This document shows, piece after piece, positions 18,751 through 25,574 of a stretch of DNA of 32,497 nt (within the stretch, counting starts at the first letter, position 1; each line of letters begins with the position of its first letter). Both the position numbers and the translations under genes were made by a program. The notes under the pieces were generated by a model. That model worked only from the letters and a program-made list of their open reading frames with translations, was not told the origin of the DNA and searched no databases. The DNA is taken from IMG/VR virus record IMGVR_UViG_3300020045_002760, positions 1 to 32,497 of that record. One strand, written 5' to 3'. This DNA is from a virus (lineage: Duplodnaviria > Caudoviricetes).

Positions 18751-18876
18751 TAACGCTTTGCCTGTATGGTAAGTGGCGTGTAAATAAGCCAAAACATTAA
18801 ATAATTACTAACATTAACAAACACAAAACTATGTTTAAATTAAGCCAAATCAAGCCATTTATTATACAGGCTGTTA
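18751..18876. repeat. cassette site S5
   Basis: TAAC gcttt GCCTGTATGGTAAGTGGC ... GCCATTTATTATACAGGC t GTTA. Confidence 0.85.
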
Positions 18877-19130
18877 GTAGCTGTTTTTCTTCTAAACCAC
18901 CAAAATTACATTGGTACGATTGCCAATTTTATTACAAGAAAAAAGGTGCTGATATGTATTGTGTAGATTTTAATTTACAAGTAGGATTTGTAAATCAAAA
19001 AGACATTTTAAACGGACGAAAAGTAAAAAAACTAACAGGGTATAGGGTTGAAGAATTTCCTAAAAAAGTTCTTGATAATGGATTATTTTATTTTAAGATA
19101 AATGCTTATTTAGGGCAGTTCTCAAAATAG
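18831..19130 (+). CDS. cassette 5: hypothetical protein
   Basis: 99-aa ORF; IRs at 18873-18887 and 19124-19138. Confidence 0.7.
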   Translation: MFKLSQIKPFIIQAVSSCFSSKPPKLHWYDCQFYYKKKGADMYCVDFNLQVGFVNQKDILNGRKVKKLTGYRVEEFPKKVLDNGLFYFKINAYLGQFSK

Positions 19131-19134
19131 CTAC

Positions 19135-19262
19135 TAACGTTGGATAATTGTAGCAGTAGCGTACTGATACAAAACTATCATTCAGTTGAAGAATGATAAA
19201 ACCAAGAAAACGCAAAACATTAAATACAAAAACCATACAGCTATTGCTACAATTATGTGTTA
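19135..19262. repeat. cassette site S6
   Basis: TAAC gttgg ATAATTGTAGCAGTAGC ... GCTATTGCTACAATTAT gt GTTA. Confidence 0.85.
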
Positions 19263-19819
19263 CTAGCTGTTTTTATTCACTTATTATGGATTTAGGAACT
19301 TTTATCAGAGAAAACAAAAAAAGCGGTGGATTATCAATTGAAATATCTAACCAAGTAGAAAAATTATGGAATGAATATAAACTTGAAAAAACGGAAGAAA
19401 ATTGCAGTATTATTTCTGCTGATTTTGGAAGATTGGGAAGTTTGAATATTAAAGAAATAGCATCATTTGAAGAAGAAAAAGTTTTCAAATATGAAAGTGG
19501 TTCTTATGATTATATTTCTACAAAAACAAAATCAACTACAAATATATTGTGGACTGACTATCAAGAAATCGAGCCATATAATAGACAAAGTGGATTATAC
19601 GCAAATGGTTCTTCTTTTGAAAGTTTAGGAAAACCAATTTTAGAAAAAGAAGATTATCGTGAATTTGTTGCAAAACACGTTTATAATGGAAATGTAGCTT
19701 TTGCGGTTTGGGGATATGGATTTAATAATTTTTATGAATCAATAACATTTGGAATTTGCTTAAAAACTGATAAAGTAGATGAGTTTATTTCAAAACTAAG
19801 AGTTCTTATTGGCAAATAG
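19193..19819 (+). CDS. cassette 6: hypothetical protein (alternative start 19286)
   Basis: ORF flanked by IRs at 19259-19272 and 19814-19827. Confidence 0.7.
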   Translation: MIKPRKRKTLNTKTIQLLLQLCVTSCFYSLIMDLGTFIRENKKSGGLSIEISNQVEKLWNEYKLEKTEENCSIISADFGRLGSLNIKEIASFEEEKVFKYESGSYDYISTKTKSTTNILWTDYQEIEPYNRQSGLYANGSSFESLGKPILEKEDYREFVAKHVYNGNVAFAVWGYGFNNFYESITFGICLKTDKVDEFISKLRVLIGK

Positions 19820-19823
19820 CTAG

Positions 19824-19949
19824 TAACGTTATCTCGCTTGGCGAGGTTGGGAAAAGAAAGCCCTAATAATTAAATTAAAAAACCAAAAATGAAAGTACAA
19901 GACCAACATCAAATTAAGCCTGAAACCCAATCTTGCCAAACGAGTGTTA
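19824..19949. repeat. cassette site S7
   Basis: TAAC gttat CTCGCTTGGCGAGGTTGGG ... CCCAATCTTGCCAAACGAG t GTTA. Confidence 0.85.
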
Positions 19950-20701
19950 TGGTTAGTGCGGTTTTTCAAGGAGATTGCCTTGAAATAATGAAGACTATAC
20001 CTGACGAAAGCGTTGATATGATACTTGCAGACTTACCTTATGGAACAACTGCTTGTAAATGGGATACAGTTATTGATTTAGAAAAATTGTGGACAGAATA
20101 TAATCGAATTATAAAAGGGAATGGTGCAATTGTTCTTTTTTGCCAACAACCATTTACAAGCGCATTGATATCTAGTAATTATAAAATGTTTAAATATTTG
20201 TGGTATTGGAGAAAATCACGCCCATCTGGTTTTGTAAATGCTAAATTAAAACCTTTAAAAGATATTGAAGAAATTGCAGTTTTTTCAAAAGGAACAACCG
20301 CAAATAAATCAGTAAATAATATGCCATATTATCCACAAGGTTTGATTGAAGTAAATAAAAAGTGGAAACGCCCCAAGACTTATGGAACTGGAAAAGGTGT
20401 AAACCCAACTCGAAAAAGTCACGAATTAGAAAGAGTAATACAATTTGAAGGATATCCAAGACAGGTTTTAGATTATAATAAACATAACGGAAATCAATTT
20501 CACGAGACGGAAAAACCTGTTGAATTAATTGAGTATTTGATTAAAACTTATTCAACTGAAAACCAAATTATTCTTGATAATACAGCAGGAAGCGGAACTA
20601 CAGGAATTGCCTGTATAAATACAAATAGAAAGTACATTTTGATTGAAAAAGAAGAAAAGTATTTTGATGTCATAAACGAAAGAATTGCTAATCATACGTA
20701 A
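19889..20701 (+). CDS. cassette 7: N6-adenine/N4-cytosine DNA methyltransferase (beta class)
   Basis: GDCLE, DLPYG (motif IV), HETEKP, and ILDNTAGSGTT (motif I). IRs at 19946-19959 and 20731-20744. Confidence 0.9.
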   Translation: MKVQDQHQIKPETQSCQTSVMVSAVFQGDCLEIMKTIPDESVDMILADLPYGTTACKWDTVIDLEKLWTEYNRIIKGNGAIVLFCQQPFTSALISSNYKMFKYLWYWRKSRPSGFVNAKLKPLKDIEEIAVFSKGTTANKSVNNMPYYPQGLIEVNKKWKRPKTYGTGKGVNPTRKSHELERVIQFEGYPRQVLDYNKHNGNQFHETEKPVELIEYLIKTYSTENQIILDNTAGSGTTGIACINTNRKYILIEKEEKYFDVINERIANHT

Positions 20702-20768
20702 GGAAAATGTTCTTATGAAAACGTATCGTAGCATTAACCATAACTAACCGCTACAAGTAAACTAAATT

Positions 20769-20984
20769 ATGCAAAGTATTGATAATAAGATAATTATGCG
20801 TTTCAAAGTTTACGAAAATATCGTATGTTTAAACGATGGCACGCTTTATCAATTGCAGCATTGTCCACGAAAAAGAACTAAGATGTTTCGTAAGCTTTCG
20901 TATAATGAAAAAAGAGATGCTTATTATATTAACGGCGGGTTAGTTACACGAAAACGATTAGAAGAATTAAAATTTAACGTTTAA
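20769..20984 (+). CDS. hypothetical basic protein
   Basis: First backbone ORF after the array. Confidence 0.55.
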   Translation: MQSIDNKIIMRFKVYENIVCLNDGTLYQLQHCPRKRTKMFRKLSYNEKRDAYYINGGLVTRKRLEELKFNV

Positions 20985-20988
20985 GGTA

Positions 20989-21018
20989 TTGTTTATATCA
21001 AATAATGATGTATCTTTG
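20989..21018 (+). promoter_or_regulatory. promoter (-33 TTG / -7 TATCTTTG)
   Basis: 19-nt spacer, upstream of the recombination operon. Confidence 0.65.
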
Positions 21019-21041
21019 AAACATCAAAACGAATAGAAATT

Positions 21042-21227
21042 ATGACAGCAGAAGAAATAAACACATTAGAGAATAAAGTTTTTAGATTAGAATGTGAGCA
21101 AATGAAATGGAGAGAGTTTCGTAAAAAAGTAGAATCTTTTTTAGAAATGAGCGATACATTTGGATGTAATACAAACGCAGAAGTACAGGAACTTAGAGAA
21201 GAATTAGAATCAATTAAATATTATTAG
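21042..21227 (+). CDS. hypothetical coiled-coil protein
   Basis: Clean ORF after the promoter. Confidence 0.6.
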   Translation: MTAEEINTLENKVFRLECEQMKWREFRKKVESFLEMSDTFGCNTNAEVQELREELESIKYY

Positions 21228-21228
21228 C

Positions 21229-21444
21229 ATGGAAGAAAAATTCAAAAGAATTGAAAGTAAAAAAGAATTGTATTTAGAAATTGGATTAGCAACAGGAACC
21301 TCTTTTCATACAATTAAAAGCCACTGGTTTAATCCTGTTAGAGTTCCGAAAAATTATACAGAAATTGTAGATAAGATTCTGGATAGACGCATTGATTATC
21401 AAAACGCAGTTAAAAAATTACACACTAAATATTTTGGAGTATGA
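21229..21444 (+). CDS. putative HTH transcriptional regulator
   Basis: KELYLEIGLATGTSFHTIKSHWF resembles an HTH. Confidence 0.5.
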   Translation: MEEKFKRIESKKELYLEIGLATGTSFHTIKSHWFNPVRVPKNYTEIVDKILDRRIDYQNAVKKLHTKYFGV

Positions 21445-21752
21445 AAAAGTTACTATCAATAATAAAATACGTTAGGCACTTTGTAAATAGCAGTCCTACA
21501 CCAGAACAGGAAGCAAACGATATTTGGGAGTATATGATTCAGCGCTCAAATACTTTGCACACGCTAGACATCGTAAAAGCATTAGAAAAACGTGCTGAAT
21601 TAGAGATGTTATTGGAAGAAAAAAGGTGTGCTGAAATATGCAAGGCGGTTAATTCTAAATACAGTAAGTTTCAGCCTAAAATCTATAATCCTGACTTTGA
21701 CAAGAAGTACGACGAATTAATAACAGAATTTGAAATTATAAAAGCTAATTAA
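21441..21752 (+). CDS. hypothetical protein
   Basis: ORF coupled by an ATGA overlap. Confidence 0.6.
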   Translation: MKKLLSIIKYVRHFVNSSPTPEQEANDIWEYMIQRSNTLHTLDIVKALEKRAELEMLLEEKRCAEICKAVNSKYSKFQPKIYNPDFDKKYDELITEFEIIKAN

Positions 21753-21755
21753 ATT

Positions 21756-22457
21756 ATGAAAACAGAAATTACAATTATGCCGGTTAACGACATCATGGAT
21801 ATGTCAAAAATGTTTGTAGAAAGCGGAATGTTTACCGATGCTAAAAGTGTAGCACAAGCATTCGTTAAAATACAAGCAGGTCAGGAAATAGGATTAGCCC
21901 CTTTTGCTGCAATGTCAGGAATAAACGTTATTATGGGTAAACCAACATTTGGCGCTGGAGTTATAGCATCAAGCGTAAAAGGAAGCCAAAAATACGATTT
22001 CAAAGTAAAAGAAATGAATGATAAAGTTTGTTCTATAGATTTCTTTGAGGGGAAAGAATTATTAGGGAACTCTACTTTTACAGCAGAAGACGCAAAAAAA
22101 CAGTCTACTAAGAATATGGATAAGTTTCCTAAAAATATGCTTTATGCTCGAGCAATGTCAAACGGTCAAAAATGGTATTGTCCCGATGTGTTTCAAATGG
22201 CGGTATATGTCCCTGAGGAAATGAATGCGATAGAGGCTGAGCAAACACAAGACATTACCCACGTAGAAGTAATTGAGCCCGCGCCAATACAATCGCCAAT
22301 TCCAACTCTTAACGACAAGCAGTTAAAAAAGCTGTTGGAATCAGATATTGAAACAATAGAAAAGTATTTAAATCTAGTAGAAGAAGGAAAAGTAACAATG
22401 ACACAAGTACAAGTATTGAATTTAGAGGATAAATTAACAGAACTTAGAAATAAATAA
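21756..22457 (+). CDS. single-strand annealing protein (RecT/Redbeta-like)
   Basis: AFVKIQAGQEIGL.P...INVIMGKP and KFPKNMLYARAMS...CPDV motifs. Confidence 0.7.
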   Translation: MKTEITIMPVNDIMDMSKMFVESGMFTDAKSVAQAFVKIQAGQEIGLAPFAAMSGINVIMGKPTFGAGVIASSVKGSQKYDFKVKEMNDKVCSIDFFEGKELLGNSTFTAEDAKKQSTKNMDKFPKNMLYARAMSNGQKWYCPDVFQMAVYVPEEMNAIEAEQTQDITHVEVIEPAPIQSPIPTLNDKQLKKLLESDIETIEKYLNLVEEGKVTMTQVQVLNLEDKLTELRNK

Positions 22458-22461
22458 AATT

Positions 22462-22905
22462 ATGAGTAAATTACAATTTTTTGAAATGAGAGCGGAACAA
22501 ATGACCGCTCTTTACGACAGCACTTTTACAAAAAAAGACGCAATCAAAACAGGAGAATCTTTAATTGATAATGTTCTTGAAAGTGGCGAAGTAGATATAA
22601 TGCAATTAGGGGCTAATTTGATACGTTTAGAGCAAGTTGTTGGATATGCAGTGGCTAAGTTCCGTAATCATATTATTGATGAGCCAAAACAAACCGTTTT
22701 AGGCGTAGAATTCAACCCTACTAACGGAGGTAATACAATCAATTATTCAGACGATGAAATTTGGCAAACATTGAAAAATGATTTGGACGCTCGTCAAGAG
22801 CAATTGAAATTAGCCCAAAAACAACCAACGTTTGACGCTTATGGAAATGAAGTGCCAAAAGTATCAACAACGCCAAGAAAATCAAGTATAACAATTAAAT
22901 TTTAA
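22462..22905 (+). CDS. conserved phage protein of the recombination module
   Basis: Clean 147-aa ORF between the SSAP and SSB genes. Confidence 0.6.
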   Translation: MSKLQFFEMRAEQMTALYDSTFTKKDAIKTGESLIDNVLESGEVDIMQLGANLIRLEQVVGYAVAKFRNHIIDEPKQTVLGVEFNPTNGGNTINYSDDEIWQTLKNDLDARQEQLKLAQKQPTFDAYGNEVPKVSTTPRKSSITIKF

Positions 22906-22908
22906 ACT

Positions 22909-23250
22909 ATGTCAAAAATCACTATCACGCTAGACGCAACAAAATTACGCAGCCTAGTAACAAAAAGAGAGTTCGAAGCAAAAGACGGAACTAAAATGCA
23001 AGTCCAAGAAGTAAAGTTCGAACTTGTAGAAGTAAAAGAGCCTAAAGTAATTCACAAAGGCAACGGTTACGAGCTTCATAAAACACATTTTGCTTCTGTA
23101 ATTCAAACAAAAGAAGAACGTGAAGCACAAGCCGAAACTGTTTTTATTGGTGAAGGAATTACAACCGTTTGGGAACAAAAAGAACAAGTTTTTAATGCGG
23201 TTCCTGTATCTCAATCTAGCGAAGAAGAACCTGATGACATGCCCTTCTGA
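22909..23250 (+). CDS. single-stranded DNA-binding protein (putative)
   Basis: Acidic C-terminal tail EEEPDDMPF; gene context. Confidence 0.65.
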   Translation: MSKITITLDATKLRSLVTKREFEAKDGTKMQVQEVKFELVEVKEPKVIHKGNGYELHKTHFASVIQTKEEREAQAETVFIGEGITTVWEQKEQVFNAVPVSQSSEEEPDDMPF

Positions 23251-23297
23251 TCTATAATAGAAAAATAAGGAAATTTAACAACAAAAAATAATTAATT

Positions 23298-23534
23298 ATG
23301 AGAAAAACATATTTCAGAATAGTGTTATTGCCAGAAAATCAAGTTTTGATTGAAAAAGATTTCGACTCAGAAGAAGAAAAAGAAGTAATTGTAATTTCTT
23401 ATCATATTGAAGGAGTGAAGATAAAACAGACTTTCGGATATGATACAGAAGAACAAAGAGACGAAATATTTGACTCAATAAGTATAGAACAAATAAAAGA
23501 TATAGTTGAGAGTTCTTTAAAAATGTTCAAATAA
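23298..23534 (+). CDS. acidic hypothetical protein
   Basis: Clean ORF. Confidence 0.6.
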   Translation: MRKTYFRIVLLPENQVLIEKDFDSEEEKEVIVISYHIEGVKIKQTFGYDTEEQRDEIFDSISIEQIKDIVESSLKMFK

Positions 23535-23543
23535 CAACCACAC

Positions 23544-23562
23544 CCGCTTCCAAAAGAGGCGG
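23544..23562 (+). terminator. intergenic hairpin (possible terminator or processing site)
   Basis: CCGCTTC-CAAAA-GAGGCGG stem with a weak T-tail. Confidence 0.4.
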
Positions 23563-23577
23563 TTAAATTAAAAGATT

Positions 23578-23937
23578 ATGAGCGTAGCAACTAATTATTA
23601 CACATACAATCAAATATCTGATTACTACGGAGTGACTAAAAGTTCTCTACAACATAGAGTCCATAGGTTAGGGTTAAAAGGAAAAACATTGTCAGATGAT
23701 GGGACTGTTTTTTTTACATCAAAACAAGTTGAAAAGATTGTTGATTGTTATAAAATAATATCTGTTAATCATCCTAGAAAAATAGATATAATAGAGTTGT
23801 ATCAGGCAGGAAGAAAAGGAAGAACCATATCTTCTATACTTAGAATGAGTGTTAAGTCTGCTTACGATTGCATTAGAGAATATAATAATACAGGATGCGT
23901 AATTGTTGAATCTAAATTAAATAAAATATTATTATGA
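23578..23937 (+). CDS. double HTH DNA-binding protein
   Basis: YTYNQISDYYGVTKSSLQHRV and IIELYQAG...TISSILRMSVKSAYD. Confidence 0.65.
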   Translation: MSVATNYYTYNQISDYYGVTKSSLQHRVHRLGLKGKTLSDDGTVFFTSKQVEKIVDCYKIISVNHPRKIDIIELYQAGRKGRTISSILRMSVKSAYDCIREYNNTGCVIVESKLNKILL

Positions 23938-24029
23938 CACCAGAAACAAAACTATTCGTAAAATTTTTAACTGCAATGTGTGTGGTGACTATTTCGGTTG
24001 CTATAGCGTTGGTAATATTTATAAGATGA
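23934..24029 (+). CDS. 31-aa single-TM peptide (not in ORF track)
   Basis: MTPETKLFVKFLTAMCVVTISVAIALVIFIR with ATGA overlaps at both ends. Confidence 0.5.
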   Translation: MTPETKLFVKFLTAMCVVTISVAIALVIFIR

Positions 24030-24229
24030 AAATAAAGGCAAAAAAATTGATATTTGTATCAAGAATAGAAAGAGACGGAAGCGGTGTAATTCCTGTATCA
24101 GAAGATATGAATATATTGCTTCAAAAATGCAAGTTTAATCCAAAATACAAACTTAATCCACTATCATTATCAAATAAAACTTATATAGCATCTGGATTTA
24201 ATTCCTACGTGGTTAAATTAAAAAAATAA
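24026..24229 (+). CDS. hypothetical protein (start revised from 23978)
   Basis: ATG 24026 overlaps the stop of the upstream peptide. Confidence 0.5.
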   Translation: MKIKAKKLIFVSRIERDGSGVIPVSEDMNILLQKCKFNPKYKLNPLSLSNKTYIASGFNSYVVKLKK

Positions 24230-24235
24230 AAACAA

Positions 24236-24400
24236 ATGACACCAGAAGAAAGATTACAATACATAGATCTTGCGTGCCGTGCAGCGAGCATACAACTTCA
24301 CAAAGACGTACTAGAACGAGTTCTTAAAATTATTGATCTCGTAGATAAGAAGCAGGGTAAGACTGATTTGATGGATATAATAACGTTGTTTAAAAATTAG
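24236..24400 (+). CDS. 54-aa hypothetical protein (not in ORF track)
   Basis: MTPEERLQYIDLACRAASIQLHK... fills the gap, with an A-rich start context. Confidence 0.55.
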   Translation: MTPEERLQYIDLACRAASIQLHKDVLERVLKIIDLVDKKQGKTDLMDIITLFKN

Positions 24401-24406
24401 AAGATT

Positions 24407-24802
24407 ATGAGTAGAGAAATTAAGTTTAGGTGGTTCGACAGAAGAACAAATAAAATAAAAACCGATATAGAAACAACCGTATATCTAGATGGAAGTTTAG
24501 GAACTGATTATGATTCTGAATGGATGATATTCGCAGGTCAATTCACGGGGCTACAATGTAAAAATCAAATAGATTTATATGAAGGTGACAGATGTAAATA
24601 TCATCACAATACAAGTAAATGGCTAGTTTCCTATACTTTTGAAATTATATTTAAAGACGGTTGTTTTTACGCATATTGGGAAAGAATGATGTGTGGAACT
24701 TTAGAAAAACATTTTGATTTACTGTCTAAAATAGATAGAAGTAAGGTTAAGGTCATCGGAAACATTCACGACAACCTAGAACTTTTAACCAAAACGCATT
24801 GA
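24407..24802 (+). CDS. YopX family protein
   Basis: MSREIKFRWFD, GQFTGL..KN..DLYEGD and VIGNIHDNLELL motifs. Confidence 0.88.
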   Translation: MSREIKFRWFDRRTNKIKTDIETTVYLDGSLGTDYDSEWMIFAGQFTGLQCKNQIDLYEGDRCKYHHNTSKWLVSYTFEIIFKDGCFYAYWERMMCGTLEKHFDLLSKIDRSKVKVIGNIHDNLELLTKTH

Positions 24803-24820
24803 TTGTTTGAAAATAAATTG

Positions 24821-24828
24821 TATATTTG
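24821..24828 (+). promoter_or_regulatory. -7 promoter element TATATTTG
   Basis: Consensus TAnnTTTG just before the structured leader. Confidence 0.55.
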
Positions 24829-24830
24829 CA

Positions 24831-24937
24831 TTGTATTGAAGTGAGACGCAGTACAACACATATCGAAAACATTATACAAATCCTATCAAGGAGGCACGTC
24901 TCACATTACTGCCGAATTGATGGGATTTTGCTTTTTT
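24831..24937 (+). ncRNA. candidate structured leader RNA with a kissing-loop/pseudoknot
   Basis: Two hairpins whose loops GTGAGACG and CGTCTCAC are perfectly complementary, followed by a T-run. Confidence 0.55.
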
Positions 24938-24945
24938 ATCAACTT

Positions 24946-25404
24946 ATGGATTTAAAATATACCGTACAAGATGTTAAAAACTATCTCGAATTAATAGATA
25001 ATTCTGATAATAAATTTTTCAAAATAGAGATTAAAAATTTACATGATTATAGAATTTCGTTCGCAATACTTAATGATGTGATACTTGATAATTATCATTC
25101 TGAAAAAGCTTTAATAGGATTAAATATTGCTGAGAAAAATAGCACAGTAGTTATTTCTGACGATAGACGAAAAGAAGCAAATATTTATATTTCTAAAAAT
25201 GAAATAAGAAATGAGGTTTTCAGAAGACATGGAAATAGTTGCTTAAAATGTGGTTCCAATTATAAACTGGCTTTAGATCACATTATACCAGTTTCTAAAG
25301 GTGGCCGTAACTGTATAGAAAATTTACAACCGTTGTGCAAAAACTGTAATTCAAGCAAAGGATCAAATATTGTAGATTACAGAAAAGCGTGTCACATGTT
25401 TTAA
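24946..25404 (+). CDS. HNH endonuclease (start revised from TTG 24826)
   Basis: CLKCGS...LDHIIPVSKGG.N.IENLQPLCKNCNSSKG. Confidence 0.88.
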   Translation: MDLKYTVQDVKNYLELIDNSDNKFFKIEIKNLHDYRISFAILNDVILDNYHSEKALIGLNIAEKNSTVVISDDRRKEANIYISKNEIRNEVFRRHGNSCLKCGSNYKLALDHIIPVSKGGRNCIENLQPLCKNCNSSKGSNIVDYRKACHMF

Positions 25405-25556
25405 AAACACCTAAATACATATAATATAAAAAGTGATATTTTGTAAAAATTGAATTTTTTAAAACAAAAAAGTAAAAATAATGTGTCATTGCGACACAAA
25501 ATATAAAAATCCTAATGGTTATAAGGGTTTAGTCTGTGTCACATACCGTGTCACAT
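25389..25556. repeat. GTGTCACAT iteron-like repeats with an AT-rich tract (putative origin)
   Basis: Copies at 25389, 25536 and 25548; inverted TGTGTC...GACACA at 25482-25498; upstream of the primase gene. Confidence 0.5.
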
Positions 25557-25574
25557 CATAAAAAAATAATTATT

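Larger units (their letters stand above)
16725..20744 (+). mobile_element. array of 7 gene cassettes with attC-like hairpin sites (integron-like, no integrase in window)
   Basis: Units: 16729-17144, 17145-17805, 17806-18354, 18355-18754, 18755-19138, 19139-19827, 19828-20744. Each is a stem-loop followed by GTT-IR-gene-IR-AAC. Confidence 0.85.

Noticed and set aside
16725-20744. CRISPR array or simple terminator series
   Set aside because: There are no identical direct repeats and the spacers are whole genes. The stems have loops of about 75 nt and no U-tails.
16725-20744. Canonical integron or IS/MITE insertions
   Set aside because: No intI or transposase in the window and no variable target-site duplications. 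Site geometry and gene polarity differ from classical attC, so it is reported only as integron-like.
21042-23937. Lysogeny module (integrase/repressor)
   Set aside because: HTH-like ORFs are present, but there is no integrase or divergent repressor. Lifestyle cannot be called from this window.
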